Shown: in pieces, positions 1-8,105 of the stretch | Numbering within the stretch: position 1 is the stretch's first letter | Layout: each line of letters opens with the position of its first letter | Origin: Candidatus Saganbacteria bacterium | GTDB lineage: Bacteria; Margulisbacteria; WOR-1; O2-12-FULL-45-9; XYB2-FULL-48-7 | DNA length: 45,683 bases | Direction: 5' to 3' | Assembly (NCBI GenBank): GCA_016939335.1 | Contig: JAFGHC010000030.1 | Coordinates: forward strand, 79,230-124,912 | Program-made: the position numbers and the translations under genes | The notes under the pieces: model-generated | Database searches by the model: none | What the model saw: only the letters and a program-made list of their open reading frames with translations | Told to the model about the DNA's origin: nothing

Positions 1-599
1 GCGGCGGTCGCCTGGTAGAGGTTCTGCCCGATCGATTTCAAGCCGGCCGGGTTGGCAAAACGGGCCAGGGCGATCTGCCCGACCTCCTGCAGCTGAGTGC
101 TGCTGTTAACGGAAACCGCCACGGTGCCGTCCGAACCGACGACGACCGCGGTCGTCCCCTGCGGCAGGACGATCGCCGGCTCCAGCAGCCGGCCGCCGGC
201 GTCGACAACATTGCCGGCGTCGTCAAGATGGAAATTGCCGGCGCGGGTGTAGGCGAAAGAGCCGTCCGCCATTTTGACCTTGAAGAAACCCTCGCCCTGG
301 ACGGCCAGGTCAAGGGCGTTGCTGGTCGTCTCGATCGTCCCCTGGGAAAAATCCTTGGGCGTGGCGGCCACCCTGACGCCGGTGCCGTACTCCACATTGA
401 CCGGCGGGGTATCGGTGCCCGACATCGCCTCGTAGAGCATATCCTTGAAGCTCTTCTCGACGAAAAAGAGACTCTCCATTTCCGAGCGCCCTTTTTTGAA
501 AGCGACCGTCTTGGCATTGGCAAGATTGTTGGTGATATCGAGGATCTCGTCCTGCATGGCCGACAGCCCGGTCGCCGCAACATATAATGGTTGAAACAT
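1..599 (-). CDS. flgG: Flagellar basal-body rod protein FlgG (3' end runs off the window)
   Basis: Manual translation from ATG at 599 (GGAGG at 606-610): MFQPLYVAATGLSAMQDEILDITNNLANAKTVAFKK...GTGVRVAATPKDFSQGTIETTSNALDLAVQGEGFF...YTRAGNF...GQIALARFANPAGLKSIGQNLY, which are typical FlgG motifs. Absent from the ORF track because there is no stop in the window. Confidence 0.9.
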   Translation of the reverse strand, partial: MFQPLYVAATGLSAMQDEILDITNNLANAKTVAFKKGRSEMESLFFVEKSFKDMLYEAMSGTDTPPVNVEYGTGVRVAATPKDFSQGTIETTSNALDLAVQGEGFFKVKMADGSFAYTRAGNFHLDDAGNVVDAGGRLLEPAIVLPQGTTAVVVGSDGTVAVSVNSSTQLQEVGQIALARFANPAGLKSIGQNLYQATA

Positions 600-617
600 C
601 CCTGGCCTCCTTTCAGC

Positions 618-1355
618 TTACTGCGCCGGCCCGGCCAGGCTCTGGGCCTTGGTCAGGTTGGCGTCGCGGGACGAGACAATCTTGGCGTCGAGGCTGTAGA
701 TCCGCTCCAGGTAGATCATTTCCATGTACTGGTCGATCACATTAACGTTCGAGGACTCGACGTACCCCTGCACGACGCGGGGACTGGCCGCATCGATCAC
801 CACGGAATGATTGTTGTTCTTACGGAAAACGCTGCCGTTGAGCGATTCCAGCGCTTGCGGCTGTTCGGGCTGGACGACCCTGATCCGGTCGACCAGCACG
901 CCGTCAACCCTGACGGCGCCGTTCTGATCGAACTCAACATTGGCGCCGGGGGAAAAGACCAGCGGGCCCGACTGGCCCAGGACCGGGAAGTTGCCGGCCA
1001 CCGTCAGCAGCCGGCCGTCGCGGTCAAGCTGAAAGCGGCCGTCGCGCGTGTACCCCTCGCCCCACGGCCCCTCGATGACAAAAAAGCCGGCGCAGCCGAG
1101 CGCCAGGTCGAATTTGCCGTCGGTCTTGATCAGGGCGCCGGGCGTCTGGTCGTAGTACGTTCCTTCGACCTGCGGCTTGACGGCGGAAAGCTTGTGGGTG
1201 GCCTGTTCGAGCTCGAGGGGGAAACCGCTGATCACCGCTTCCGATTTTTTGTAACCGGGGACCGGCGACTCGGCCAGATTGTCCATGAGTTTCCTGACCC
1301 GCTCGTCAGTCGACTCCAGGCCGGCGCCCCCAATCTCAAAAATGCGGTCGGTCAT
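618..1355 (-). CDS. flgF: Flagellar hook-basal body rod protein, FlgF/FlgG family (probably FlgF), divergent
   Basis: Motifs TDGKFDLAL..AGFFVI, YTRDGRFQLDRDGRL and VVQGYVESSNVN; directly upstream of flgG. Confidence 0.8.
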   Translation of the reverse strand: MTDRIFEIGGAGLESTDERVRKLMDNLAESPVPGYKKSEAVISGFPLELEQATHKLSAVKPQVEGTYYDQTPGALIKTDGKFDLALGCAGFFVIEGPWGEGYTRDGRFQLDRDGRLLTVAGNFPVLGQSGPLVFSPGANVEFDQNGAVRVDGVLVDRIRVVQPEQPQALESLNGSVFRKNNNHSVVIDAASPRVVQGYVESSNVNVIDQYMEMIYLERIYSLDAKIVSSRDANLTKAQSLAGPAQ

Positions 1356-1364
1356 TGTGCCAAA

Positions 1365-1393
1365 ATTATAGGCCGTCGCCCTTCAGAAGTCAA
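1365..1393 (-). promoter_or_regulatory. Sigma70-like promoter for flgF-flgG (TTGACT-N17-TATAAT)
   Basis: Minus strand reads TTGACT tctgaagggcgacggcc TATAAT, 9 nt before the ATG at 1355. Confidence 0.65.
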
Positions 1394-1412
1394 TCAGGAA
1401 AATAACGCTAAA

Positions 1413-1745
1413 TCAAGAAACTTTTGCCCCGTTCGGGATCTCTTTTTCCACCGTCAGGACGACGACGCTGCTTTTATCTTCGTTGGAGGCGGCCAGGAGC
1501 ATTCCGTGCGAAACGAGCCCGCGGATAACCCGCGGCTCCAAATTGGTCAGGACCACTATTTTCTTGCCGATCAGCGCATCTTTTTCATAAAACAACTTGA
1601 GGCCGGCCACCAGCTCGCGGGTCTCCCCGCCCAGGTCGACCGTCAGTTCATAAAGCTTATCGGCGCCGGGGATCTCCTCGGCCGCCCTGATCTCGCCGAT
1701 CCGCAGGTCCAGCTTTTTGAATTCATCGAAGGTTATGTCTTCCAT
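1413..1745 (-). CDS. Stand-alone tRNA-binding OB-fold protein (MetRS C-terminal domain/Trbp111/CsaA family)
   Basis: ITFDEFKKLDLRIGEI, GADKL, VLTNLEPR.IRG..SHGMLLAA. Confidence 0.9.
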   Translation of the reverse strand: MEDITFDEFKKLDLRIGEIRAAEEIPGADKLYELTVDLGGETRELVAGLKLFYEKDALIGKKIVVLTNLEPRVIRGLVSHGMLLAASNEDKSSVVVLTVEKEIPNGAKVS

Positions 1746-1757
1746 AATTCCCTCCCG

Positions 1758-1844
1758 CTTCGCGCCCTTCGCGCCTTAGTGTCTTAGTGGTTAATTCCCT
1801 TTCGGATTTTACCACAAAGGCGCCAAGACACAAAGTTCACGAAG
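1758..1844. repeat. Inverted pair of degenerate 8-9-mer tandem repeats
   Basis: Left arm CTTCGCGCC-CTTCGCGC-CTTAGTGT-CTTAGTGGT; right arm ACCACAAAG-GCGCCAAG-ACACAAAG-TTCACGAAG. Confidence 0.7.
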
Positions 1845-1880
1845 ATGGAACGAAGGATCGCAATCTGCTATAATTTTCCC

Positions 1881-2945
1881 ATGGAAATCTTAGCCATCAT
1901 CATTTCGGCCGCCTCGCTGGCCGCGATCATCTTTGCGCTGATCAGGCTGGGCAGCTTGAGCCAGCCGCCCGCCAGCGACAAAGCGACCGAACTCCTGCAG
2001 AAGCAGATGGAGGAGATCCGCGGCTCGATCACCCGGCTCTATTCGGACAACCAGACCATCCTGCAAAAAGTAAACGCCGATTTCACCAATACGCTGCAGG
2101 ACGTCAACAAAAGCGTCAACACGCGGCTCGACAACGCGGCCAAAGTCATCGGCGACGTGCACAGGAAACTCGGCGAAGTCCACGAAACGACCAAACAGGT
2201 CCAGGAAACGGCCAAGGACATCTCCTCGCTCCAGGATATCCTGCGCGCCCCTAAACTGCGGGGCGGCATGGGCGAGTTGTTCCTGGGCGACCTGTTGAAA
2301 CAAGTCCTGCCGCCCAACCATTACGAGGAGCAGTACCGGTTCAAGAGCGGGGAAAAAGTCGACGCAGTGATCAAGCTCAAGGGCGGGATGGTGCCGGTCG
2401 ACTCCAAATTCCCGCTGGAAAATTTTAAACGGGTCGTTGAGGCCAAAGACGATGCCGCGAGATTGGCCGGCAAAAAGCAGTTCGTGCGCGACGTCAAAAA
2501 ACATATTGATGACATCAAACGCAAATACATCCTGCCCGATGAAGGGACGTTCGATTTCGCCCTGATGTACGTCATGGCCGAGAACGTCTATTATGAGATC
2601 ATCATCAAGGACGAGGACCTGGGCGATGAAAAGAGCGTTTTCAAGTACGCGATCGACAACAAGGTCATTCCGGTCTCGCCCAATTCTTTCTACGGCTATT
2701 TGCAGACGATCTTATTCGGCCTGCGCGGCCTGCGGGTCGAACAGCAGGCCCTGGAGATCTTAAAGAACCTGGCCCGGCTGGAAGGCGATTTTGAAAGGGT
2801 CATGAACGATTTTACGCTGATGGGCAAACACCTGAAAGATTCGGTCACCAAATATGACGACGCTGAAAAGCGGATGCTGAAATTCAACGACAAGCTCGAC
2901 TCGCTGACCGAAAAAGAAGAGACCCCGCTCCTGCCCATTAATTAA
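1881..2945 (+). CDS. rmuC: DNA recombination protein RmuC
   Basis: N-terminal TM helix and coiled coil; K.RG..GE..L, PVDSKFPL, HIDDIKRKYI.P..GT.DFALMY, V.PVSPNS. Start placed at ATG 1881 after TGcTATAAT. Confidence 0.9.
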   Translation: MEILAIIISAASLAAIIFALIRLGSLSQPPASDKATELLQKQMEEIRGSITRLYSDNQTILQKVNADFTNTLQDVNKSVNTRLDNAAKVIGDVHRKLGEVHETTKQVQETAKDISSLQDILRAPKLRGGMGELFLGDLLKQVLPPNHYEEQYRFKSGEKVDAVIKLKGGMVPVDSKFPLENFKRVVEAKDDAARLAGKKQFVRDVKKHIDDIKRKYILPDEGTFDFALMYVMAENVYYEIIIKDEDLGDEKSVFKYAIDNKVIPVSPNSFYGYLQTILFGLRGLRVEQQALEILKNLARLEGDFERVMNDFTLMGKHLKDSVTKYDDAEKRMLKFNDKLDSLTEKEETPLLPIN

Positions 2946-2954
2946 TTGATTATC

Positions 2955-3003
2955 CCCTCTCCCTCTGGGAGAGGGAGGCCGGTTCAGTGCCAGCGGGTGA
3001 GGG
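2955..3003. repeat. REP-like palindrome between convergent genes (possible terminator)
   Basis: Hairpin CCCTCTCCC-TCT-GGGAGAGGG followed by GGGTGAGGG. Confidence 0.55.
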
Positions 3004-3005
3004 TC

Positions 3006-5888
3006 TTAGACCGCCGAACTCGGGCAAATTTCGTTGTAAGGGCAGTAACCGCAGGCGCGGGCGCCCGGCGTGGCGCGGTAATCCCCCGCCCTGATCCCCG
3101 CCGCCACCTTTTTGATCTCGCGCCACGCTTTGGCCAGTGCTTTTTCCGCCGGCCGGGCCGAACCGACCAGGCCGGTATCGATGAAATACAGCTCCACGGC
3201 GTCGGGCAGCCGCCCGTGCCTCCGCTGCCAGGCGAGCGCGTAAATATCAAGCTGCAAGCTTTCTTTAGCCCGTTTATCCGCCTTTTCCTGCTCCGTGACC
3301 TCCGACGACTTAAAATCAACAATATATATTTTTGATTTTTGACTTTTGACTTTTGACTTTTCCACGAGGTCGATCCGGCCCTTGATCTGGGTCTTGTCTT
3401 CCAGGATGGTGAATTCTTCCTCGACCAGCAGCGGCTCGCGCCCGCGCTTCTTATCTGCCTCAAAAAAGCGCCGCAGCGCCGCCCGGCCGGATTGGAAGCG
3501 CTGTTCCTCGTGCTGGCGGGAGATGAAGCCTTCCGACGACCAATTATCGGCAAAGACATCGAGGAGCTGTTTCACCGTGAATTTCTTCTTGTCTTTCCTG
3601 GCGGTAAAGTAGGCCTGGACCGCTTTGTGCAGCGCGGAACCGTAAACGATCTGATGGTTCGGCAGGAGCGGCACGTGAAGGATGTGAACGTACTTATATT
3701 TGAGCGGACAGGTCAGATAATCGTCGATCCGGTAAGGCGACAAGGCGATGATCTCTGCGGGGCCCTTTTTCCGCTCCTGCGGGACGAGCGGCCCGGCCGG
3801 GGCGAACAGCTCGATCTGGGCGAGCGCCGGCCGTTTGATCAGTGAAATATCGGCTTTGGGAACGTCGAGCGCCTCTAAAACGAACTGGGAAACTTTGCGG
3901 TCGCGCTTCCCGCCGCAATCGACCGACGAGGTGAGGTAAAGCTCCTCTTTGGCCCGGGTCAGGCCGACGTAAAAGAGCCGGCGCTCTTCCTGGAGCTGGA
4001 AGTCGCCCGCCGGCAGCTCTTCCCTGATCAGCGCCGCCGGCAGTTCGATCGCCTGTTTTCTCGCCCGGACGGGGAACCTGTCCGCCACGAGGCCGACCAG
4101 GAAAACCAGGCTGAACTCCAGCCCCTTGGCTTTGTGGACGGTCAAAACGTTGACCGCGTCAGCGTCGAGATCGGGCCGGGCGGCTTCCGGGTCTTCGCCG
4201 GACTCCTTTAATAAATTTAAATATTTGACGAATTCCGCCACCCGGTCGACCTCCGCCAGCCCCCTGAATTCCCTGACCTGCTCGAACAATCTGGCCAGGT
4301 TCTTCAGCCGCTGTTCATTCTTCTCGTTCTGTTCTCCCGCCAGTTCCGCCAAATAGCCGGAGCGTTTCAGGAATTCGTAAAGGACCTCGCCGCTGCTCTT
4401 TTTCCTGGCGAACTTAAGATAATACTGGATATCGGCCATGATCCCGGCGATCACCGACCGGCTCTCTTTTTTGATGTCGCTCAAGAGCTCGAACCCGGCC
4501 AGGTGGGTGAAAACGTGGTGGAGCGTCAGGTTGCGCCGGGCGGCGAAAGTGCTGATCTTCTGCAATTCGAGCGGATCAAGCTTATAAATATCCGACAGGG
4601 CGAGCGCGTAAAGCGAGACCGAATCGGCCGGGTCGCCGATCACCCGGAGGAAAGCGACCGCCAGTTTCACTTCGGGAAAAACGTAGAGCCCGCCCCCGCC
4701 GGAGAACTGGTGCGGGACCTGCAGCAGGTTGAGCGACTGGCGGAACGGCTCGGCGTCGGCGTTGGAGCGGACCAGGATGGCGATCTCCCGCAGGGGGCGC
4801 TTGCTCTCTTTGATCGTCCGGGCGACCCAGTCGGCCTCGGCGGCGACCTTGTCGAAATGCCTGTGTTCGACTTTTTTGGCGCCCGGGCCGGCGGCGGCGA
4901 TCAATTTCTTGTCGATCTTCGCCCTGACCTCCAGCCGGTCAGGATCGTTATGCCTGATCAGGCGGCGGGCAGTGTCGAGGATCAGCTGGGTCGAGCGGTA
5001 GTTTTTTGTCAGGACAACTTTTTTGGCCCCGGGGTAGAGCTTATTGAAATTCAGGATATTGGAGATCGCGGCCCCGCGGAACTTATAAATTGATTGGTCA
5101 TCATCGCCCACGACCGTGATATCCCCCGTCCTGCCGGCCAGCAGTTTAAGCAGTTCGAACTGCGCCAGGTTCGTGTCCTGAAACTCATCGACCAGGATAT
5201 ATTTATAGCGCCGCTGGAATTCTTTGAGGACCGGCGGATTTTCGCGGAAAAGCCGCAGCGCCAGGCTGACCTGGTCGCCAAAGTCGACAAACCCTTTCTC
5301 CAGTTTCAGCTCTTGATATTTCTTGTAGACCTTGGCGATCTCCAGTTGCCTTCCCCGCTCATCCCTGCTCATCCCTTTGATCCTTGCCACTCCCTTAAAA
5401 AACTCATCCGGCCCGATGTCCTCGTCTTTGGCCCGCGAAATTACATTAATAAGGGCCTCGATATGCCGGGTCGGGTCGCCCAGCGACTTATAGTATTTGA
5501 GGGGGAACTCAAAAATATGCTCGCGGAAGAAAATGATCTGCTCCGGCCTGGTCAGGACGCGGTAGTCGGGCCGCAGCCCCAGGTCGAGGGCGTGCTCCCT
5601 GATCACCCGGTCGCCGAAGGCGTGGAAAGTCGAGAGCGAAACGTCAACGTAGCCGTAAGGGACCAGCAGGTCGACCCTGGCTTCCATTTCATCGGCCGCT
5701 TTATCGGTAAAAGTGAGGGCCAGTATTTCTCCCGGTTTGGCAAGTTTTTCCGCTATCAGCCAGGCGATCCGGCGGGTGATAACGGTCGTCTTGCCGGTCC
5801 CGGCGCCGGCGATGATCAAAAGCGGCCCGGAACGGTGGGTGACAGCCTTGCGCTGTTCGGGGTTCAAGCCTGCCAAAACATCGGTCAT
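3006..5888 (-). CDS. UvrD/PcrA-like SF1 helicase fused to a C-terminal PD-(D/E)XK nuclease with four Cys (AdnA/AdnB-like)
   Basis: AGAGTGKT, DEFQDTN, VGDDDQSIY.FRGA, NYRS, TVHKAKGLEF, EERRLFYVGLTRAK; nuclease part TCP...GRID...VDFKS...QL.IY...CGYCPYNEIC. Confidence 0.92.
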   Translation of the reverse strand: MTDVLAGLNPEQRKAVTHRSGPLLIIAGAGTGKTTVITRRIAWLIAEKLAKPGEILALTFTDKAADEMEARVDLLVPYGYVDVSLSTFHAFGDRVIREHALDLGLRPDYRVLTRPEQIIFFREHIFEFPLKYYKSLGDPTRHIEALINVISRAKDEDIGPDEFFKGVARIKGMSRDERGRQLEIAKVYKKYQELKLEKGFVDFGDQVSLALRLFRENPPVLKEFQRRYKYILVDEFQDTNLAQFELLKLLAGRTGDITVVGDDDQSIYKFRGAAISNILNFNKLYPGAKKVVLTKNYRSTQLILDTARRLIRHNDPDRLEVRAKIDKKLIAAAGPGAKKVEHRHFDKVAAEADWVARTIKESKRPLREIAILVRSNADAEPFRQSLNLLQVPHQFSGGGGLYVFPEVKLAVAFLRVIGDPADSVSLYALALSDIYKLDPLELQKISTFAARRNLTLHHVFTHLAGFELLSDIKKESRSVIAGIMADIQYYLKFARKKSSGEVLYEFLKRSGYLAELAGEQNEKNEQRLKNLARLFEQVREFRGLAEVDRVAEFVKYLNLLKESGEDPEAARPDLDADAVNVLTVHKAKGLEFSLVFLVGLVADRFPVRARKQAIELPAALIREELPAGDFQLQEERRLFYVGLTRAKEELYLTSSVDCGGKRDRKVSQFVLEALDVPKADISLIKRPALAQIELFAPAGPLVPQERKKGPAEIIALSPYRIDDYLTCPLKYKYVHILHVPLLPNHQIVYGSALHKAVQAYFTARKDKKKFTVKQLLDVFADNWSSEGFISRQHEEQRFQSGRAALRRFFEADKKRGREPLLVEEEFTILEDKTQIKGRIDLVEKSKVKSQKSKIYIVDFKSSEVTEQEKADKRAKESLQLDIYALAWQRRHGRLPDAVELYFIDTGLVGSARPAEKALAKAWREIKKVAAGIRAGDYRATPGARACGYCPYNEICPSSAV
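3330..3361. repeat. Heptamer tandem repeat (TTTTGAC)n inside the helicase-nuclease CDS
   Basis: TTTTGAT TTTTGAC TTTTGAC TTTTGAC TTTT, translated as KSKVKSQKSK. Confidence 0.8.
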
Positions 5889-5915
5889 AGGATTATTATA
5901 CTACAAGTGCTTTTC

Positions 5916-5944
5916 TTGACTTCAAAATAGCCCGATTGTAGAAT
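5916..5944 (+). promoter_or_regulatory. Sigma70-like promoter TTGACT-N17-TAGAAT upstream of the orphan at 6013
   Basis: Near-consensus hexamers with a 17-nt spacer. Confidence 0.5.
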
Positions 5945-6012
5945 GGCTTGACCGTTGCAAGTCAGCCGGCTCTTATCTCGATATATATATTGTAGAGAAG
6001 GAGGCACAAATT

Positions 6013-6498
6013 ATGATCGCACCAGGCGGAGCTTCGGGTATCGGCCCACGTCAAGGCCCTTATTATTCCGTGCCAGATGCCCCGCTCGCCTTCCAGGGCG
6101 GCGAAATCCTGATCAATCCCAACGCGCCGCTCCCCCTGATCAGACAAGCGCTTAGGAACATCCTCAAAAGGGGCGTTCACACCACTCACGCTAAAGACGC
6201 TCCCCCGAAAGTCGTTCACACCAAAAGCGCCATCACTTTGCAGGGCAAAACCTTTCACCAGTTGATGGAACAGATCAGCCCCCTGGTCCAAGAGGCCAAA
6301 GGCCCGGGAGCAAAACCGATCGCGCTGGGCAAGCTGACCGGCTACACCATTAACAGCCAGAAGAAGCTCGGTTCGCGCGTGCAAACCGCCGCTCCGGAAG
6401 CCGGAAATCCTTTTGCCCAAAAAAGCACGATTGATTTTATGGCCGATGAAATCGGCAAAGCGGTCGACAGACTGCTCGGAAAACAACCACTGCTTTAA
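6013..6498 (+). CDS. Hypothetical protein (orphan, Gly/Pro-rich N-terminus)
   Basis: 161-aa ORF with strong RBS AAGGAGG and a downstream terminator hairpin. Confidence 0.75.
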   Translation: MIAPGGASGIGPRQGPYYSVPDAPLAFQGGEILINPNAPLPLIRQALRNILKRGVHTTHAKDAPPKVVHTKSAITLQGKTFHQLMEQISPLVQEAKGPGAKPIALGKLTGYTINSQKKLGSRVQTAAPEAGNPFAQKSTIDFMADEIGKAVDRLLGKQPLL

Positions 6499-6519
6499 GC
6501 TCTCTTATTTAGATAATTT

Positions 6520-6554
6520 AAAGGCACCGGTTAACCGGCGCCTTTTTTATTTTT
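6520..6554 (+). terminator. Rho-independent terminator
   Basis: AAAGGCACCGG-TTAA-CCGGCGCCTTT stem-loop followed by a T run. Confidence 0.75.
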
Positions 6555-6557
6555 GGC

Positions 6558-6585
6558 TGAAATTTTGCCGATATCTCACTGATAT
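6558..6585 (+). promoter_or_regulatory. Degenerate sigma28-like promoter (TGAAA-N15-ACTGATAT)
   Basis: Same -35 pentamer and 15-nt spacer as the exact copies at 23356 and 31045; follows a terminator. Confidence 0.45.
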
Positions 6586-6602
6586 AAATCCGGAGGGACC
6601 AG

Positions 6603-7520
6603 ATGCCCAACGGATTGTCAATTTTACCGAATTGCCAGACAGTTTCTTACCCGGCCGTTCCGACTGTCAGGAAGAAAACCACCGAAGTCCGTTGCCAGTT
6701 TGATTCGGCGGTCGAGGCTTTGCAAGCCGTCATTCAGGAAGAGGACCCCGACATCATCGCTTTCGGCGAAACCCATCCAAATGAAGCCAAAAGCACGAAG
6801 CCGACCACGCTGATGCTTTTTACCGAGCAGCTGTTGCCTGTTCTGCAGCAAAATAAATGTTTTGACCTGGTCGTGGAAGGCCTGATCAGCGATCTGACGA
6901 AGGACCATCCGGCAACCGACTATCTGGCGTCCAAATTAGAAATGCCACAGCTGGAAAAATATTACTTTTTCCCTCCCAAAACAGCTGAAGCCGTAGGCGT
7001 AAACAACGACGGTCTTGTTAAATTACTTGGGAAAGCCAAAGAGCTGCCAAAAAATCTCCCTTTCCATATTTACGGCGGCGGCCCTTCGCTGGATGACCCG
7101 GAAAAAATCGATATTTATAAATATTCGGTCGTTTCCCCCGGCGGGGAACCCGATTCCAGTCTGCAAAAATTAATTTCCGAACGGACGGTCGATGTCACAC
7201 TGGCCTTGCTTGACCAGGTTAAGCCAGGGAAAAAAAGAGTGGCCATTTACAGCGGCGGCGAGCATAACGACCTGACCGGCCGCGCGCAGAAGAACGGCCC
7301 GAGTTACGGTAAGTTCTTCAGGAAAAAAACGCCCTACAAATATGTTAAGTTCAATATCCTGACGCCGGAATTGATGGACAAGGGCCACTTTAGATCACCC
7401 ATATACCCGGTATACAAAGTGTGGTTAAAAAATGCCGTGCCGGCCAAAGGCGTAATTCTGATCAAGCAAGCGGAGGGATCATACACGATGATCCTGCCGG
7501 CCGGGACACTGGCGCCTTAA
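6603..7520 (+). CDS. Hypothetical protein with EreA/ChaN/TIKI-like motif pattern
   Basis: 305-aa ORF with RBS GGAGGG; IIAFGETH, DLVVEGL and AIYSGGEHN match the GExH...E...GxxH pattern. Family call is by eye. Confidence 0.6.
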   Translation: MPNGLSILPNCQTVSYPAVPTVRKKTTEVRCQFDSAVEALQAVIQEEDPDIIAFGETHPNEAKSTKPTTLMLFTEQLLPVLQQNKCFDLVVEGLISDLTKDHPATDYLASKLEMPQLEKYYFFPPKTAEAVGVNNDGLVKLLGKAKELPKNLPFHIYGGGPSLDDPEKIDIYKYSVVSPGGEPDSSLQKLISERTVDVTLALLDQVKPGKKRVAIYSGGEHNDLTGRAQKNGPSYGKFFRKKTPYKYVKFNILTPELMDKGHFRSPIYPVYKVWLKNAVPAKGVILIKQAEGSYTMILPAGTLAP

Positions 7521-7521
7521 A

Positions 7522-8073
7522 CTACATGATCACGACCCGGTCGATCCCGTCAATCTCCATGACCTCAACCTTCACTTCTTCCTTCTTGGCGGTGGGGATC
7601 GTTTTGCCGGTGAAATCGGGATGGATGGGGAGTTCGCGATGGCCTCTATCGATCAGCGCCGCCAGCTCCACTTTGGCCGCGCGGCCGTAGTCCTTGAGGC
7701 CGTCGAGCGCCGCCCGGGCGGTGCGGCCGGCATAGATCACGTCGTCGACCAGCACGACCACTTTTTCGTCAACCGAAAAAGGGATGTCCGACCGGCGAAC
7801 CTCGACGTACTCGCCCTTCTGCGTCAGATCGTCGCGGTAGAGGGAAACATCGAGCGCGCCCAGCGGCACCGCCCGCCCCTCTTCCTGCTCGATGATCTGG
7901 GCCAGGCGCTTGGCCAGCGGCACGCCGCGCTGCATCACGCCGATGATGACCAGCTGATCGCTCCCTTTATTGGTCTCGATGATCTGGTGCGCCATCCGGC
8001 GCAGGACGCGGTTCATTTCGACCTCGTCCATCACGATCTTGGTCCCCGGCTCGTTCTTTAGTTTATTTACCAT
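7522..8073 (-). CDS. pyrR: Bifunctional pyrimidine regulatory protein PyrR / uracil phosphoribosyltransferase
   Basis: RGVPLA, LDVSLYRDDL, VVLVDDVIYAGRTARAALD, DRGHRELPIHPDFTGK. Confidence 0.95.
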   Translation of the reverse strand: MVNKLKNEPGTKIVMDEVEMNRVLRRMAHQIIETNKGSDQLVIIGVMQRGVPLAKRLAQIIEQEEGRAVPLGALDVSLYRDDLTQKGEYVEVRRSDIPFSVDEKVVVLVDDVIYAGRTARAALDGLKDYGRAAKVELAALIDRGHRELPIHPDFTGKTIPTAKKEEVKVEVMEIDGIDRVVIM

Positions 8074-8105
8074 GGCGGCACCCCGTTTTTATCATTATAA
8101 CAGAG

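Noticed and set aside
38..583. 181-aa minus-strand ORF in the track
   Set aside because: Out-of-frame shadow of flgG, whose real frame starts at 599 and runs off the window
8074..8105. PyrR-binding attenuator upstream of pyrR
   Set aside because: The intergenic space is only about 30 nt and shows no PyrR binding-loop or terminator structure
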